NCBI GenBank assembly: GCA_965214705.1
Contig: CBDCCI010000002.1
Coordinates: 992,001-1,056,000 of the forward strand
DNA from: Alphaproteobacteria bacterium
GTDB lineage: Bacteria; Pseudomonadota; Alphaproteobacteria; UBA828
Direction of reading: 5' to 3'
DNA length: 64,000 nucleotides
In this document: positions 53,956 to 63,623 of the stretch, in pieces
How positions within the stretch are numbered: position 1 is the first letter of the stretch
Layout of the letters: the number at the start of each line of letters is the position of its first letter
Translations under genes and position numbers: made by a program
Notes under the pieces: generated by a model
The model's input: the letters and a program-made list of their open reading frames with translations, nothing else
What the model was told of the DNA's origin: nothing
The model's database searches: none

Positions 53956-55413
53956 ATGGGCTCCGTCAGGGATTTCCGGCCGGTTCTCTTCGTGGTCGGC
54001 ATTCTGCTGATCACGCTCTCGCTGGCGATGGCATTGCCGGCCATCGCCGACGCAGTGACAGGCAATCCCCACTGGCGGGTCTTTCTCGCCGCGAGCGTCT
54101 TCACGCTCTTCATCGGCACTTGCCTGGTGCTCTCCAACAGGATGCGGGAGCCGCGGCTGACGGTGCGTCAGGCCTTCGTGCTCACCACCTTGAGCTGGGT
54201 TGTCGTGGCCGCCTTCGCCGCGCTGCCGTTCGCCTTCTCCGACCTCAACCTGAGCTACACCGACGGCTATTTCGAGGCGATGTCGGGGCTCACCACGACC
54301 GGATCCACGGTCATTGTCGGCCTCGACGATGCGCCGGCCGGCATTCTGCTGTGGCGCGCGCTGCTGCAGTGGCTCGGCGGCATCGGCATCATCGTCACGG
54401 CCATCGCGATCCTGCCGATGCTGCGGGTCGGCGGTATGCAGCTCTTCCACACGGAGTCCTCGGACAGCTCCGAGAAGGTGCTGCCCCGTGCCGCCCAGCT
54501 CGCCGGCGCCATCGGCATGGTCTACCTCGGGCTCACGATCAGCAACGGAATCGCCTACTGGGCCGCCGGCATGACGCCGTTCGAGGCGGTGTGCCACGCG
54601 ATGACGACCATCGCCACCGGCGGCTTCTCGACCTCGGACCGATCGCTCGGCCACTTCAACAACGACGCCATCGAGGGCATCGCCACCGTCTACATGGTGC
54701 TGGGCTCGCTCCCCTTCGTGCTCTACCTGCAGGCCGTGCGCGGCGGCTGGGGTGCCCTCGCGCGCGACACGCAGGTGCGCTGGTTCTTCGGGCTGGTGCT
54801 GTTCGCCCTGCTCTCGCTGGCGGGCTGGCTGATGGTGGCCAACGACGCCGCGCCCACCGATGCCTTTCGCGAGGCGGCCTTCAACGGAATCTCGATCCTG
54901 ACCGGCACCGGCTATTCCACCGCCGATTTCTCAGCCTGGGGCACCTTCGCGCTTCCCGTCTTCACGCTCCTCATGTTTATCGGCGGTTGTACCGGCTCAA
55001 CCACGGGCGGTGTGAAGGTATTCCGAATTCAGGTTCTCGCGTCCACGTCCTTGTCGCAGATCCGCCAGCTCATCCAGCCCCACGGCGTCTTCATCAGCAA
55101 GTTCAACAGGCGGCCGATTCCGGAAAGCGTGTCGCCGGCGGTGATGGGCTTCTTCTTCCTGTTCATGGTCAGCTTCGGGCTGATCGCCATGGGGCTGGCG
55201 CTGATGGACCTCGACTACGTGACCAGCATCAGCGGCGCGGCCACGGCGATCGCCAACGTCGGCCCCGGCCTGGGCGAGACCATCGGCCCTGCCGGCTCCT
55301 TCCAGCCCCTGCCGGAGCCGGCGAAGTGGCTGCTGTCGGCCGCCATGCTGCTCGGCCGGCTCGAGCTGTTCACGGTGCTGGTGCTGTTCGTGCCCCGCTT
55401 CTGGCGGGACTAG
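53956..55413 (+). CDS. trkH: Trk potassium uptake membrane protein
   Basis: FEAMSGLTTTG, LQWLGGIG, ATGGFS, GGCTGST.GG.K, NVGPG, GRLE. Confidence 0.95.
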   Translation: MGSVRDFRPVLFVVGILLITLSLAMALPAIADAVTGNPHWRVFLAASVFTLFIGTCLVLSNRMREPRLTVRQAFVLTTLSWVVVAAFAALPFAFSDLNLSYTDGYFEAMSGLTTTGSTVIVGLDDAPAGILLWRALLQWLGGIGIIVTAIAILPMLRVGGMQLFHTESSDSSEKVLPRAAQLAGAIGMVYLGLTISNGIAYWAAGMTPFEAVCHAMTTIATGGFSTSDRSLGHFNNDAIEGIATVYMVLGSLPFVLYLQAVRGGWGALARDTQVRWFFGLVLFALLSLAGWLMVANDAAPTDAFREAAFNGISILTGTGYSTADFSAWGTFALPVFTLLMFIGGCTGSTTGGVKVFRIQVLASTSLSQIRQLIQPHGVFISKFNRRPIPESVSPAVMGFFFLFMVSFGLIAMGLALMDLDYVTSISGAATAIANVGPGLGETIGPAGSFQPLPEPAKWLLSAAMLLGRLELFTVLVLFVPRFWRD

Positions 55414-55436
55414 GCAGGTCTGGAGCCCATGTGCTC

Positions 55437-55571
55437 GGAGCGAGTCCGTCCTCGACGGACTCGCGACAGGCCGCGACCGCGGCCCGCCGCGAAAGCGGCG
55501 CCCTCGCGGAGGCGCCGGCCGTCGCGCCCGTAGGCGCGCGAGATCGCGCGACGGCCGGCTGCCGTGAGCGA
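55437..55571 (+). repeat. Structured intergenic repeat A, copy 4 (extended last hairpin)
   Basis: GGAGC-GAGTCCGTC(CTC)GACGGACTC-...-(GAAA)-...; last stem extended by GTCGCGC...GCGCGAC; between convergent genes. Confidence 0.9.
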
Positions 55572-55577
55572 TAAAGA

Positions 55578-56330
55578 CTACCCCTTTTCCGCCAGCATGC
55601 CGCCGTCGACCGGCAGCACGTGGCCGGTGACGAAGCTCGCCTTGTCCGAGAGCAGCCAGACCACCGCGTCGGCGACCTCCTCGGGCCGGCCGATCCGCCC
55701 CATCGGCACGCGGCCCGAGGCATTGGTGGGGTCATTGTTCCAGCCGCGCAGGAGGAGGGGGGTCAGAATCGGCCCCGGTGCCACCGCGTTCACCCGGATG
55801 CCGTCCTTGGCATAATCGAGTGCCGCCGCCCTGGTCATGCCGGAGACCGCGTGCTTCGCGGTCATGTAGGGCGACCACAGCGGGTAGGCCGCCAAACCCC
55901 ACATGGAGCCCGCGTTGACGATGGAGCCGCCGCCCGACTCCAGCATCGCCGGAATCTCCGCCTGCATGCAGAGATAGACGCCCTCGATCATGACCGCGAA
56001 GACGTGCTGCACTGCGGCCATGTCCTGCTCCGCCAGCAACGCCTGGGGGCCTTCGATGCCGGCGTTGTTGTAGGCGAGGTCGAGCCGGCCGAACTCACTG
56101 AGCGCCCGGTCGATGAGCGCCTCGACCTGGCCCGCCTCGGCCACGTCCACGCGCATGAAGGCGGCTTTGCCGCCCGCGTCGCGCACCTCCGCGGCCACCG
56201 CCTTGCCGCCTTCCTCGTCGATGTCGGAGACCAGCACCGCAGCTCCCTCGGCAGCGAGTGCCACCACCGTCGCCTGCCCGATGCCCGAGCCGCCGCCAGT
56301 CACGATCGCCGCGCGTCCGTCGAATAGCAT
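55578..56330 (-). CDS. Short-chain dehydrogenase/reductase
   Basis: TGGGSGIG, NNAG, YMTAKH, IRVNAVAPG, DGG. Confidence 0.92.
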   Translation of the reverse strand: MLFDGRAAIVTGGGSGIGQATVVALAAEGAAVLVSDIDEEGGKAVAAEVRDAGGKAAFMRVDVAEAGQVEALIDRALSEFGRLDLAYNNAGIEGPQALLAEQDMAAVQHVFAVMIEGVYLCMQAEIPAMLESGGGSIVNAGSMWGLAAYPLWSPYMTAKHAVSGMTRAAALDYAKDGIRVNAVAPGPILTPLLLRGWNNDPTNASGRVPMGRIGRPEEVADAVVWLLSDKASFVTGHVLPVDGGMLAEKG

Positions 56331-56358
56331 CGTTTCCTCCTCCTCCCGGAGTTTCCGG

Positions 56359-57348
56359 TCAGTCCCCGGGATCGATGACCCGATCGGGCGGGTTGTGCCC
56401 GTCGGCAAAGGTCTGGATGTTGATCAGCACCTTCTCGCCCATGTCGAGGCGCCCCTCGATCGTGGCCGAGCCGATGTGCGGCAACGCCACCACGTTGTCG
56501 AGGGTGAGCAGCTTCGGCGAGACCACCGGCTCGTTCTCGTACACGTCGAGCCCGGCGCCCGCGATCTTGCCAGCCTCCAGCAGGCGCACCAGGGCTGCCT
56601 CGTCGATGGCGTGGCCGCGCGATGTGTTAATGACATAGGCTTGCGGACGCAGCAGACCGAGCCGACGCGCCGAGAGCAGGTGATAGGTCGCCGGCGTGCT
56701 CGGGCAGTGAATGGAGACGAAATCCATATGCGCCAGCATCTGGTCCAGACTCTGCCACCAGGTGGCGTCGAGTTCGGCTTCGGTCTCCTCGTCGAGGCGG
56801 TTCCGGTTGTGATAGTGGATCGCGAGCCCGAAGCCGCGCGCCCGGCGGGCGACCGCCTGGCCGATCCGCCCCATGCCGATGATGCCGAGCCGCTTGCCCC
56901 AGATTCGGTGGCCCAGCATGGTGGTCGGCGCCCAGCCCTGCCAGTCGCCGCCCCGCAGCAGGCGCTCGCCCTCGGAGAGCCGGCGCGGCACCGCGAGGAT
57001 CAGCGCCATGGTCATGTCCGCCGTGTCCTCGGTCAGCACGCCGGGCGTGTTGGTCACCAGAATGCCGCGCTTCCCCGCCGCAGCGAGGTCGATGTGATCG
57101 ACGCCGGTGCCGAAGCTCGCCATCAGCTTCAGGTCAGGGCCGGACTGGCCGATCAGGTCGCCGTCGATGGTATCCGTCACGGTCGGCACGAGCACGTCGG
57201 CCTCTGCCACAGCCTTCGCCATGGCCTCGCGGTCGAGCGGCCAATCGTCCTCGTTGAGTCGGGTGTCGAAAAGCTCCATCATGCGCGCCTCGATCTCCCG
57301 GGGGAGACGCCGCGTCACGATCACCTTGAGCTTTCTGCCAAGCCTCAT
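56359..57348 (-). CDS. D-isomer-specific 2-hydroxyacid dehydrogenase (glyoxylate/hydroxypyruvate reductase-like)
   Basis: FGTGVDHID, NTPGVL, GMGRIG, INTSRG, GLDVYE.EP, LPHIGSAT. Confidence 0.92.
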   Translation of the reverse strand: MRLGRKLKVIVTRRLPREIEARMMELFDTRLNEDDWPLDREAMAKAVAEADVLVPTVTDTIDGDLIGQSGPDLKLMASFGTGVDHIDLAAAGKRGILVTNTPGVLTEDTADMTMALILAVPRRLSEGERLLRGGDWQGWAPTTMLGHRIWGKRLGIIGMGRIGQAVARRARGFGLAIHYHNRNRLDEETEAELDATWWQSLDQMLAHMDFVSIHCPSTPATYHLLSARRLGLLRPQAYVINTSRGHAIDEAALVRLLEAGKIAGAGLDVYENEPVVSPKLLTLDNVVALPHIGSATIEGRLDMGEKVLINIQTFADGHNPPDRVIDPGD

Positions 57349-57416
57349 CGACCCTCCGCGCGCGGCTCGATGGGCGCGATCCGAGCGCAACCGGCAGCCT
57401 GTTTAGCAAACGCCCC

Positions 57417-58019
57417 ATGGCGACTCAAACCGCAGGGCGGGATTCGGCGCCCGCCATGAGTGCTGATCGAAGCCGCCGCCGCGGGCAATGCGCGCCGCAG
57501 CACACCCTTCGCACGCCTGCGCGCCTCTTTGCGGCCGGCCGTGCGCTCGCGCTGGCGGCGGCGCTCGCGGCTATGGTCACCGCCGTCGCCGCGGCTCTTG
57601 GGCCGCAAGTCCGCGCCCAGGAGGGTCCGCGCTTCGTCTCGCTGAAGGCGGAGGTCGCCAACCTTCGGGTCGGCCCCGGCCGGCGCTATCCCATCGAGTG
57701 GGTCTACCAGCGGCGCGGCCTGCCGCTGCTGGTGGTCGCACACTTCGATCAATGGCGCTGGGTGCTCGACCACGAGGGGACGAAGGGCTGGATGCACAAG
57801 TCGCTGCTCTCGACCCACCGCACAGTCGTCATCATGGGCGGGGTGCAGACCGTCCACGAGCGTCCGTTGACCGGCTCGCCGGCGGTGCTCAGGGCCGAAG
57901 CCGGGGTCATCGCCGATCTGCTCGGCTGCGAGGACGGCTGGTGCCGCATCGGACTCGCCGGCGAGGAAGGCTGGCTGCCCGAAAGCGCCCTCTGGGGCGC
58001 AAGGCCGCCCGCGCAATAA
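57417..58019 (+). CDS. SH3 (DUF1058-type) exported protein (start uncertain)
   Basis: PRFVSLK..NLRVGPG..YPI.WVY..GLP, two SH3b-like repeats, LWG; divergent from the 2-hydroxyacid dehydrogenase. Confidence 0.85.
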   Translation: MATQTAGRDSAPAMSADRSRRRGQCAPQHTLRTPARLFAAGRALALAAALAAMVTAVAAALGPQVRAQEGPRFVSLKAEVANLRVGPGRRYPIEWVYQRRGLPLLVVAHFDQWRWVLDHEGTKGWMHKSLLSTHRTVVIMGGVQTVHERPLTGSPAVLRAEAGVIADLLGCEDGWCRIGLAGEEGWLPESALWGARPPAQ

Positions 58020-58117
58020 CCCGCAAGTCGCGCCGCGTTTACGGCCTGCGTCGACGGTGTAGAGCGCATGTGTCCTTCGGAGCGGCGTCTCGGGATTCAG
58101 CAGAATTTGATTCTTTT

Positions 58118-58379
58118 GCGGCCTATTCCGGCCTATTCCGGCCTACTCCGGCCCAAAGCGGCCCAAGGTGGCCCAAGGTGGCCCAAGGTGGACCAAAGCC
58201 AGCGGTCCAAGGTGGACCAAAGCGGCGACCGTCCCTCGTTGCGACGCCGACAACGGTGCGGACTGCTCGAACGTCCTTCCGCCCACCGCGGCCCGCTCGC
58301 TGTCGTGCTGAATGAACTTGCTCCTCATGGCGGGATGCTGGCGCAACCACCGCGCTCTGTGCACCGCACCATGGTCCGG
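58118..58379 (-). repeat. Dispersed repeat B, copy 2
   Basis: Eight consecutive 10-mers at 58121-58200 (GCCTATTCCG x2, GCCTACTCCG, GCCCAAAGCG, GCCCAAGGTG x3, GACCAAAGCC), then a core matching 37678-37835. Confidence 0.88.
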
Positions 58380-58429
58380 TGACTCGGACAGGAAGGGGTT
58401 CAGCACGGGAACGTGGCGAGAAGTGCCGC

Positions 58430-59038
58430 TCAGGCTCCGCCGCCGTCCAGGTCCTCGGCGAGGGCGGCGCGGGTCTCCTCCGGCATGACGGCGAGGTGGC
58501 CGTAAGCCGGGTGCTCGATGCCGAGCAGCACGCGTGCCCCCGGCTTACGGAACGCCGCGGCCGCGGCCGGCTGGAAGGGGAAGCGGAGGAAATGGATCGA
58601 GGAGGTCTTGCCGTCCTCGGTCGTCCGCGCGACCTCGTCCTCGATCGGCTGGGCGGCGACTGTGGAACCGCCGACCTCCAGCTTGATGGTGTCCTCGACC
58701 CCGGCCAGGCGGTAGAGCTCGCGCTCTCTGCGCGCCGGATCGTCGATCTCCAGCATGAGCGTCGCGATCAAGGTGTCACCGCGCGGGATCAGCGGGTTGT
58801 AGGCCTCCAGCTCGCCCGCGATCTGCTCCTCCCCGCCGCGCTCGATGTGGAGCATCTCGTGGACCTGCATCCACATGGTCTCGAAGCACTCGAAATGGAA
58901 CGTGGCGAAGGGGCCGACGGCGAGCCTGCGGTTGCGCTTCAGCGCTGTGACCGCGGCGCGACGTTCCTTCCGGACCTTCGCGTAGTCCGCCATGTCCATG
59001 ATGTCGGCGCGGGTGAGCGCGCGGCGCGGCTGGCTCAT
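58430..59038 (-). CDS. DUF3501 family protein
   Basis: QVHEMLHIE, ELEAYNPLIP, ATLMLEI, SSIHFLRF, L.EDL. Confidence 0.88.
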   Translation of the reverse strand: MSQPRRALTRADIMDMADYAKVRKERRAAVTALKRNRRLAVGPFATFHFECFETMWMQVHEMLHIERGGEEQIAGELEAYNPLIPRGDTLIATLMLEIDDPARRERELYRLAGVEDTIKLEVGGSTVAAQPIEDEVARTTEDGKTSSIHFLRFPFQPAAAAAFRKPGARVLLGIEHPAYGHLAVMPEETRAALAEDLDGGGA

Positions 59039-59042
59039 CGTT

Positions 59043-60401
59043 TCAGGCGAGGCCGTAGGCACGGGCCAGCAGCTCGATGGGGTGATGGGCGCGGCCGGCG
59101 GCAGGCGCGCCGGCGGTGGGATCGCCGTCCTTGGCCGCTTGGCGGGCCATCCCGTTCACGATGTGGGCGCCGGCGAGCGGGCATTCCGAGGCGAGATAGG
59201 GGTTCGCCGCCTCGCGCGCCCGGCGCGCGGTGGTGCGGCCGACCTTCAGCGCGGTCTCGTGGAAGCCCTTGGTGACGCCGATGGAGCCGCCGTGGCCGGA
59301 GCAGCGCTCGATGATGGAGACCTCGGTGTCCGGCACCAGCGCCAGCATGTCCGCCGACTTGCGCCCGACGTTCTGGGCCCTCTCGTGGCAAGGCAGGTGG
59401 AGCGTGATGCCGCCGTCGATGGGGGCAAGGCCCGGCGCCAGCCCCTCCGACCGGGAGATGCCGACGACGTATTCACAAATGTCATAGCTGTGCTCGGCGA
59501 GCCGCTTGACCGCCGGGTCTTCCGGCAGGATCAGCGGCCATTCGAGCTTGAGCATGAGCGCGCAGCTCGCGACCAGCCCGATCACGTCGTAGCCCTTGTC
59601 GATCCACTCGTCGAGCGCCCCCGCTACATGCCGCGCATTGTCGGCGACGCGCTCGATATCGCCCTCTTCCAGCTGCGGCATACTGCAGCAGCGGGGATAG
59701 ACCACGACGGTCTCGACCCCGTTGTGCGCCAGCACCTTGCGGGCTGCTGCGCCGACCTCCGGCTGGTTGTAGTTGGCGAAGCAGGTCGCGTAAATCACCG
59801 CCTTGCGACCGTTCGCAGGCGCCTGCCGGTTGACCGCCGGCCCTCCCTTGGCCGCACGGTCGAGCATGGTGCGGCGGTGGTAGCGCGGCAGCGGCGCCTC
59901 CTTATGGACGCCAGCGACCGCCTCCATCAGCGGCCGGGTGAGGCGGTTGTCGCGGGCCGAGCCCCAGTTCATGACCGGCGCGAAGGTGCGGGCAAGGCGG
60001 CCGTTTCGGTCGGTCTCCGCAAGCCGTTTGGACGCGGTGGTATGGCGCCGGCCTGCCCGGCGGTCGGCGGCGCGGTGGCGCAGCATGAGATGGGGGAAAT
60101 CGACGTCCCACTCGTGCGGCGGGGTGTAGGGGCACATGGTCATGAAACACATGTCGCAGAGCGTGCAGGCGTCCACGACTGACTTGAAGCCTGACGAATC
60201 GACGGAATCGAGCTCGCCCGTCTCGGATTCGTCGATCAGGTCGAACAGCCGCGGGAAAGAATCGCAGAGGCTGAAGCAGCGCCGGCAGCCGTGGCAGATG
60301 TCGAAGACGCGGCGCGTCTCCTGCTCCAGCGCCGCGCTGTCGTAGAACTCGGGGTTTCGCCAGTCTATCGGATGGCGGAAGGGCGCGCCCTCGTCGGCCA
60401 T
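59043..60401 (-). CDS. GlpC-like Fe-S oxidoreductase (rubrerythrin-associated type)
   Basis: CHGCRRCFSLC..FP, CTLCDMC...CPY.PPH, CC.MP and CSGHGG CCG domains, SECP. Confidence 0.9.
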   Translation of the reverse strand: MADEGAPFRHPIDWRNPEFYDSAALEQETRRVFDICHGCRRCFSLCDSFPRLFDLIDESETGELDSVDSSGFKSVVDACTLCDMCFMTMCPYTPPHEWDVDFPHLMLRHRAADRRAGRRHTTASKRLAETDRNGRLARTFAPVMNWGSARDNRLTRPLMEAVAGVHKEAPLPRYHRRTMLDRAAKGGPAVNRQAPANGRKAVIYATCFANYNQPEVGAAARKVLAHNGVETVVVYPRCCSMPQLEEGDIERVADNARHVAGALDEWIDKGYDVIGLVASCALMLKLEWPLILPEDPAVKRLAEHSYDICEYVVGISRSEGLAPGLAPIDGGITLHLPCHERAQNVGRKSADMLALVPDTEVSIIERCSGHGGSIGVTKGFHETALKVGRTTARRAREAANPYLASECPLAGAHIVNGMARQAAKDGDPTAGAPAAGRAHHPIELLARAYGLA

Positions 60402-60414
60402 CGCGACGGCAGTG

Positions 60415-60681
60415 TTACCGGCACGAACCGCAGAGCCGGTTGCCCGGCCCCGCGCTATCGAAGAGGCGGCCGCAGCGCAGGCAGCGGCGTTGGCTCTCTT
60501 GCGCCTCCAGGCGATCGAGCTCCGCGAGTTCGTCGGAGAGCGAGATCATCCCCGGTCCGCGATCCACATTTCTGGCGGCTTCACGCCGCGCATCCCATTT
60601 GGTCCGTCGTTGAGGCGCGAGCGACATCGTTTGGCGCGAGTTCCCTGGCGAGGTTGTCGGTGGGTAGTCCGGTAGGACCAT
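60415..60681 (-). CDS. Small zinc-ribbon hypothetical protein
   Basis: C-terminal RRCLRCGRLFDSAGPGNRLCGSC (CxxC...CxxC); stop 13 bp before the Fe-S oxidoreductase start; start uncertain. Confidence 0.6.
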   Translation of the reverse strand: MVLPDYPPTTSPGNSRQTMSLAPQRRTKWDARREAARNVDRGPGMISLSDELAELDRLEAQESQRRCLRCGRLFDSAGPGNRLCGSCR

Positions 60682-60761
60682 TGTAGCGGAACTCGGCGCT
60701 CGATCTAAGCCAAATCTTCATATCGAACGCCCAAAATGGGCACCCCAGCCGGCCGCGGGGG

Positions 60762-61853
60762 CTATTCGGCCGCCTCGGTGCTGCCGGCAGGCGTGCGGAA
60801 GGCCGGAATCACCGCCTCGGCGAATAGCCGCAGGCTTTTCAATAGATTATCCGCGCCATAGTAGGGCGGATAATGGAGCAGCAGGGAATCGAGGCCGGTC
60901 GCGGCGCGCAGCGCCCGGATGCGGGCGATCACGGTCTCGGGCGAGCCGTGGACCAAGGTGGTCTCCAGCAGCGTGTCGTAGTCGAACGCCGCAGCGCTCT
61001 CCTTCTCCGAGACGTTGCCGAGATAGCCCGCGGTCTTCTTGCCGAGGAACGCTTCGAGATGGCGGACGATGCCGGCCTCGCTCTCCTCCCGCGCCTTGGC
61101 GTCGGTCTCGGCCACATAGACCCAGCGGGCGATATTGATGGAGCCGAAGGCAGGATTGGCGTTCCAGGGCGCCGGGGCGTGAGCCATGGTCTCGCGATAG
61201 AGGGCGATCTGCCCGGCGAGGGTTTCGAACGACGGCAGGGTGGAGAGCATCAGGCCGAAGCCGTGGCGCGCGGCGACCTCGATGGAGCGGTTGGTGCCGG
61301 CGGCCATGTAGAACGGCGGATGCGGCTGCTGCACGCTCACCGGGTAGATCTCGTAGTCGCCTTCGACCCGGTGCTGGAAATGGGCGCCCTCGTGGCTGAC
61401 CTTCCGCGTATGAAAGGCATCCAGAATCAAGGGGATGGCCTCTTCCTGGATGTCGTGGCGGGCGTCGAACGGGATCCCGAAGCCCTCATACTCGTAGGGC
61501 CGGTAGCCGGAGCCGAGACCGAGGCTCAGCCGCCCGTCGCTCAGAATGTCCACGAAGGCCGCGTTCTCGACGATCCGCATCGGGTTGTGCAGCGGCAGCG
61601 TCATCACCGCCGTGCCGAGACCGATCTTGGTGGTCTTGGGCGCAAGATAGCCCAGGTAGACGAAGGGGTCCGGCAGCACGCCGTACTGGTTGGAAAAGTG
61701 GTGCTCGGCGATCCAGGCGGTGTCGTAGCCGAGCCGGTCCGCCTCCACGATTTCGCGCGTCACCCGCGCGTGCACGGCGCGGTGCGGGTAGGGCTCCACG
61801 TCGAGATTGGGCTGCGAGGTGACGAGAACGCCAAACTTCATTCTTTTCTCCAC
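60762..61853 (-). CDS. Luciferase-like (LLM) flavin-dependent oxidoreductase
   Basis: MKFG, WIAEHHF, LGTAV..LP, SDGRLSLGLGSGY, HGSPETV. Confidence 0.92.
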   Translation of the reverse strand: MEKRMKFGVLVTSQPNLDVEPYPHRAVHARVTREIVEADRLGYDTAWIAEHHFSNQYGVLPDPFVYLGYLAPKTTKIGLGTAVMTLPLHNPMRIVENAAFVDILSDGRLSLGLGSGYRPYEYEGFGIPFDARHDIQEEAIPLILDAFHTRKVSHEGAHFQHRVEGDYEIYPVSVQQPHPPFYMAAGTNRSIEVAARHGFGLMLSTLPSFETLAGQIALYRETMAHAPAPWNANPAFGSINIARWVYVAETDAKAREESEAGIVRHLEAFLGKKTAGYLGNVSEKESAAAFDYDTLLETTLVHGSPETVIARIRALRAATGLDSLLLHYPPYYGADNLLKSLRLFAEAVIPAFRTPAGSTEAAE

Positions 61854-61878
61854 GGACCGCCCCCGAGGGCAGCGGCTC

Positions 61879-62097
61879 CTATTCGCTGTAGATTGTCCAC
61901 TCGCCGTCTTCTCCGGTCAGGAGACCTTCGCCCGGCGGAATCTCGTCCGGATCGTCCTTCCACTTGCTGGGATGGAGCGGCTCGCCGCAGGCCGCGAGCC
62001 CGAAGACCACCGCGACGGCCAGGACCGGGACGATGAGTACGGTCGCGCCACGCAAACGCGCGCTCACCCAGGACAAGGGGCACAATTTAGTTTCCAT
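61879..62097 (-). CDS. Small putative lipoprotein
   Basis: Hydrophobic stretch ending LAACG (lipobox); GEGLLTGEDGEW tail; 6 bp downstream of mlaC. Confidence 0.65.
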   Translation of the reverse strand: METKLCPLSWVSARLRGATVLIVPVLAVAVVFGLAACGEPLHPSKWKDDPDEIPPGEGLLTGEDGEWTIYSE

Positions 62098-62103
62098 GTT
62101 GGG

Positions 62104-62745
62104 CTATTCCGCAGCGCCTTCGACCGGTGCCTCGACGCGCGCCCTGAGGTCGCCCAGCAGGCCGTCGACACCCTTGCGGTTGACGACCGAGGCGAACTCG
62201 ACCCGGTGGGTATGCAGCATGCTGATACCTTCGACGCTCACGTCGATGACCTTGTAGCCCTCATCCCGCTTGCGCACGCGGAAATCGACCCCGATGGGAT
62301 CGCCGCCGGAGGGCCGCACGATCTGCGCTCGCACGATCTTGTCGCCGCTCTCGTCATTGATCACCGAGCGTGCCGTAAACAGCTCGCCACCGTAGGAATC
62401 GAAGCGGCTGGCGTATACGCGCACGATGAAGTCGACGAAGATCGCGCGGTATTCCTTGCGTTGCTCCTTGCTCGCCGTCTTCCAGTGACGCCCGAGCACG
62501 AAGCGGGCGACGATCGGAATGTCGAAGCCTTCCACCATGACCTCGCGGAAGGCGGCCTCTCGCTGCTCGAACGTCGTGTTGGCCTTGTCCTTGAGGACCG
62601 AGATGGCCTGGTCCCCAAGGCCCTGAATGAACGTGAGCGCCGGGTCGTCGGATGCGGCGGCGCGCTGCGCGCCGAGCGCGGATAGCAATACGGCCGCAGC
62701 GAGGGCGGCGGCCGCGAGAGAGCGTCGAGAGATGAGAATGCTCAT
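62104..62745 (-). CDS. mlaC: MlaC/Ttg2D phospholipid-binding protein
   Basis: Signal peptide; FD....RFVLGRHW, KVIDVSVEGISM, GVDGLL; follows mlaA. Confidence 0.9.
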   Translation of the reverse strand: MSILISRRSLAAAALAAAVLLSALGAQRAAASDDPALTFIQGLGDQAISVLKDKANTTFEQREAAFREVMVEGFDIPIVARFVLGRHWKTASKEQRKEYRAIFVDFIVRVYASRFDSYGGELFTARSVINDESGDKIVRAQIVRPSGGDPIGVDFRVRKRDEGYKVIDVSVEGISMLHTHRVEFASVVNRKGVDGLLGDLRARVEAPVEGAAE

Positions 62746-62799
62746 GGGATGTCTGCCCTGTCTCATCCAGGCGTGCCGCGCGGTGTGCTCTTCCCCGGA

Positions 62800-63615
62800 T
62801 CACTCCTCATCGAAGTCCTCGTCGAAATCCTCATCGAAGTCGAAGTCGGGGATCTCCATCGCGGGCGGCGGCGCACCGTCCCTGATCTCCGTGGCCCGAT
62901 ACTGACGGTATAGCTCACGCAATGCAGCATAAAAGTCGACCGAGGTGCTTTCCAGCGTTTCCAGTTCTTCGAGGTACTGGGCGCGCTGAGAGACGCCGCT
63001 GGTGACGCCGCGAGCGAGCCCGGCCTCGGCCGGCAGGAGATAACCGAAGGGATCCGCGAACCAATCGACCCCGAAGGCCGCCGCGTCGCGGGGATTGGTC
63101 GGCCCCAGCAGCGGCAGCATGAGGAACGGCTCGCCACCCACGCCCCATGTCGCAAGAGTCTGCCCAAAGTCCTCCGGCGTGCGCTCGTATCCCCACTCCG
63201 CGGCCACGTCGAAGATGCCGCCGACGCCGATGGTGGTGTTGACCGTGAAGCGCATGAGCGTCGAGCCCGCCCGTTCGAACTTGCCCTGAGCCGCGTTGTT
63301 CACAAGGTTGAGCGGTTCCGCCAGATTGCCCAGAACATTGGCAATTCTGTGGCGTACTTCATTTGGAAGGATGAACACGTAGGCCTCGGCGATCGGCTTC
63401 AACAGGAAGCGGTCGATCGTCTGGTTGACCTCGAACATCGCCCGGTTGAAGTCTTCGAGCGGATCGTTCGCGTCGAAGGGGTCCTGAGCGCGGCCGTCTG
63501 CGGCGACACAGAGCAGCGCGCCGGCGAGCAGCAGGATCGCTAGAAGGCGCTGCGGGGCGGCGAATGGGCCGATGGCTCGGCGCGGAGCGGGCTGTCGCGG
63601 AAGGCTCTCGCTCAT
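62800..63615 (-). CDS. mlaA: MlaA/VacJ-family protein
   Basis: DPLEDFNRAMF, RFTVNTTIG.GG.FDVA, EDFGQTL..WG, LPLLGP..RD; acidic tail. Confidence 0.93.
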   Translation of the reverse strand: MSESLPRQPAPRRAIGPFAAPQRLLAILLLAGALLCVAADGRAQDPFDANDPLEDFNRAMFEVNQTIDRFLLKPIAEAYVFILPNEVRHRIANVLGNLAEPLNLVNNAAQGKFERAGSTLMRFTVNTTIGVGGIFDVAAEWGYERTPEDFGQTLATWGVGGEPFLMLPLLGPTNPRDAAAFGVDWFADPFGYLLPAEAGLARGVTSGVSQRAQYLEELETLESTSVDFYAALRELYRQYRATEIRDGAPPPAMEIPDFDFDEDFDEDFDEE

Positions 63616-63623
63616 GCCGGCGG

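Noticed and set aside
58121-58225. Short tandem repeats as a possible CRISPR array
   Set aside because: Units are 10 bp and contiguous, with no unique spacers and no cas genes; treated as a minisatellite within repeat B.
62800-62850. DFDFDEDFDEDFDEE repeat at the MlaA C-terminus
   Set aside because: Low-complexity acidic tails are common in MlaA/VacJ proteins.
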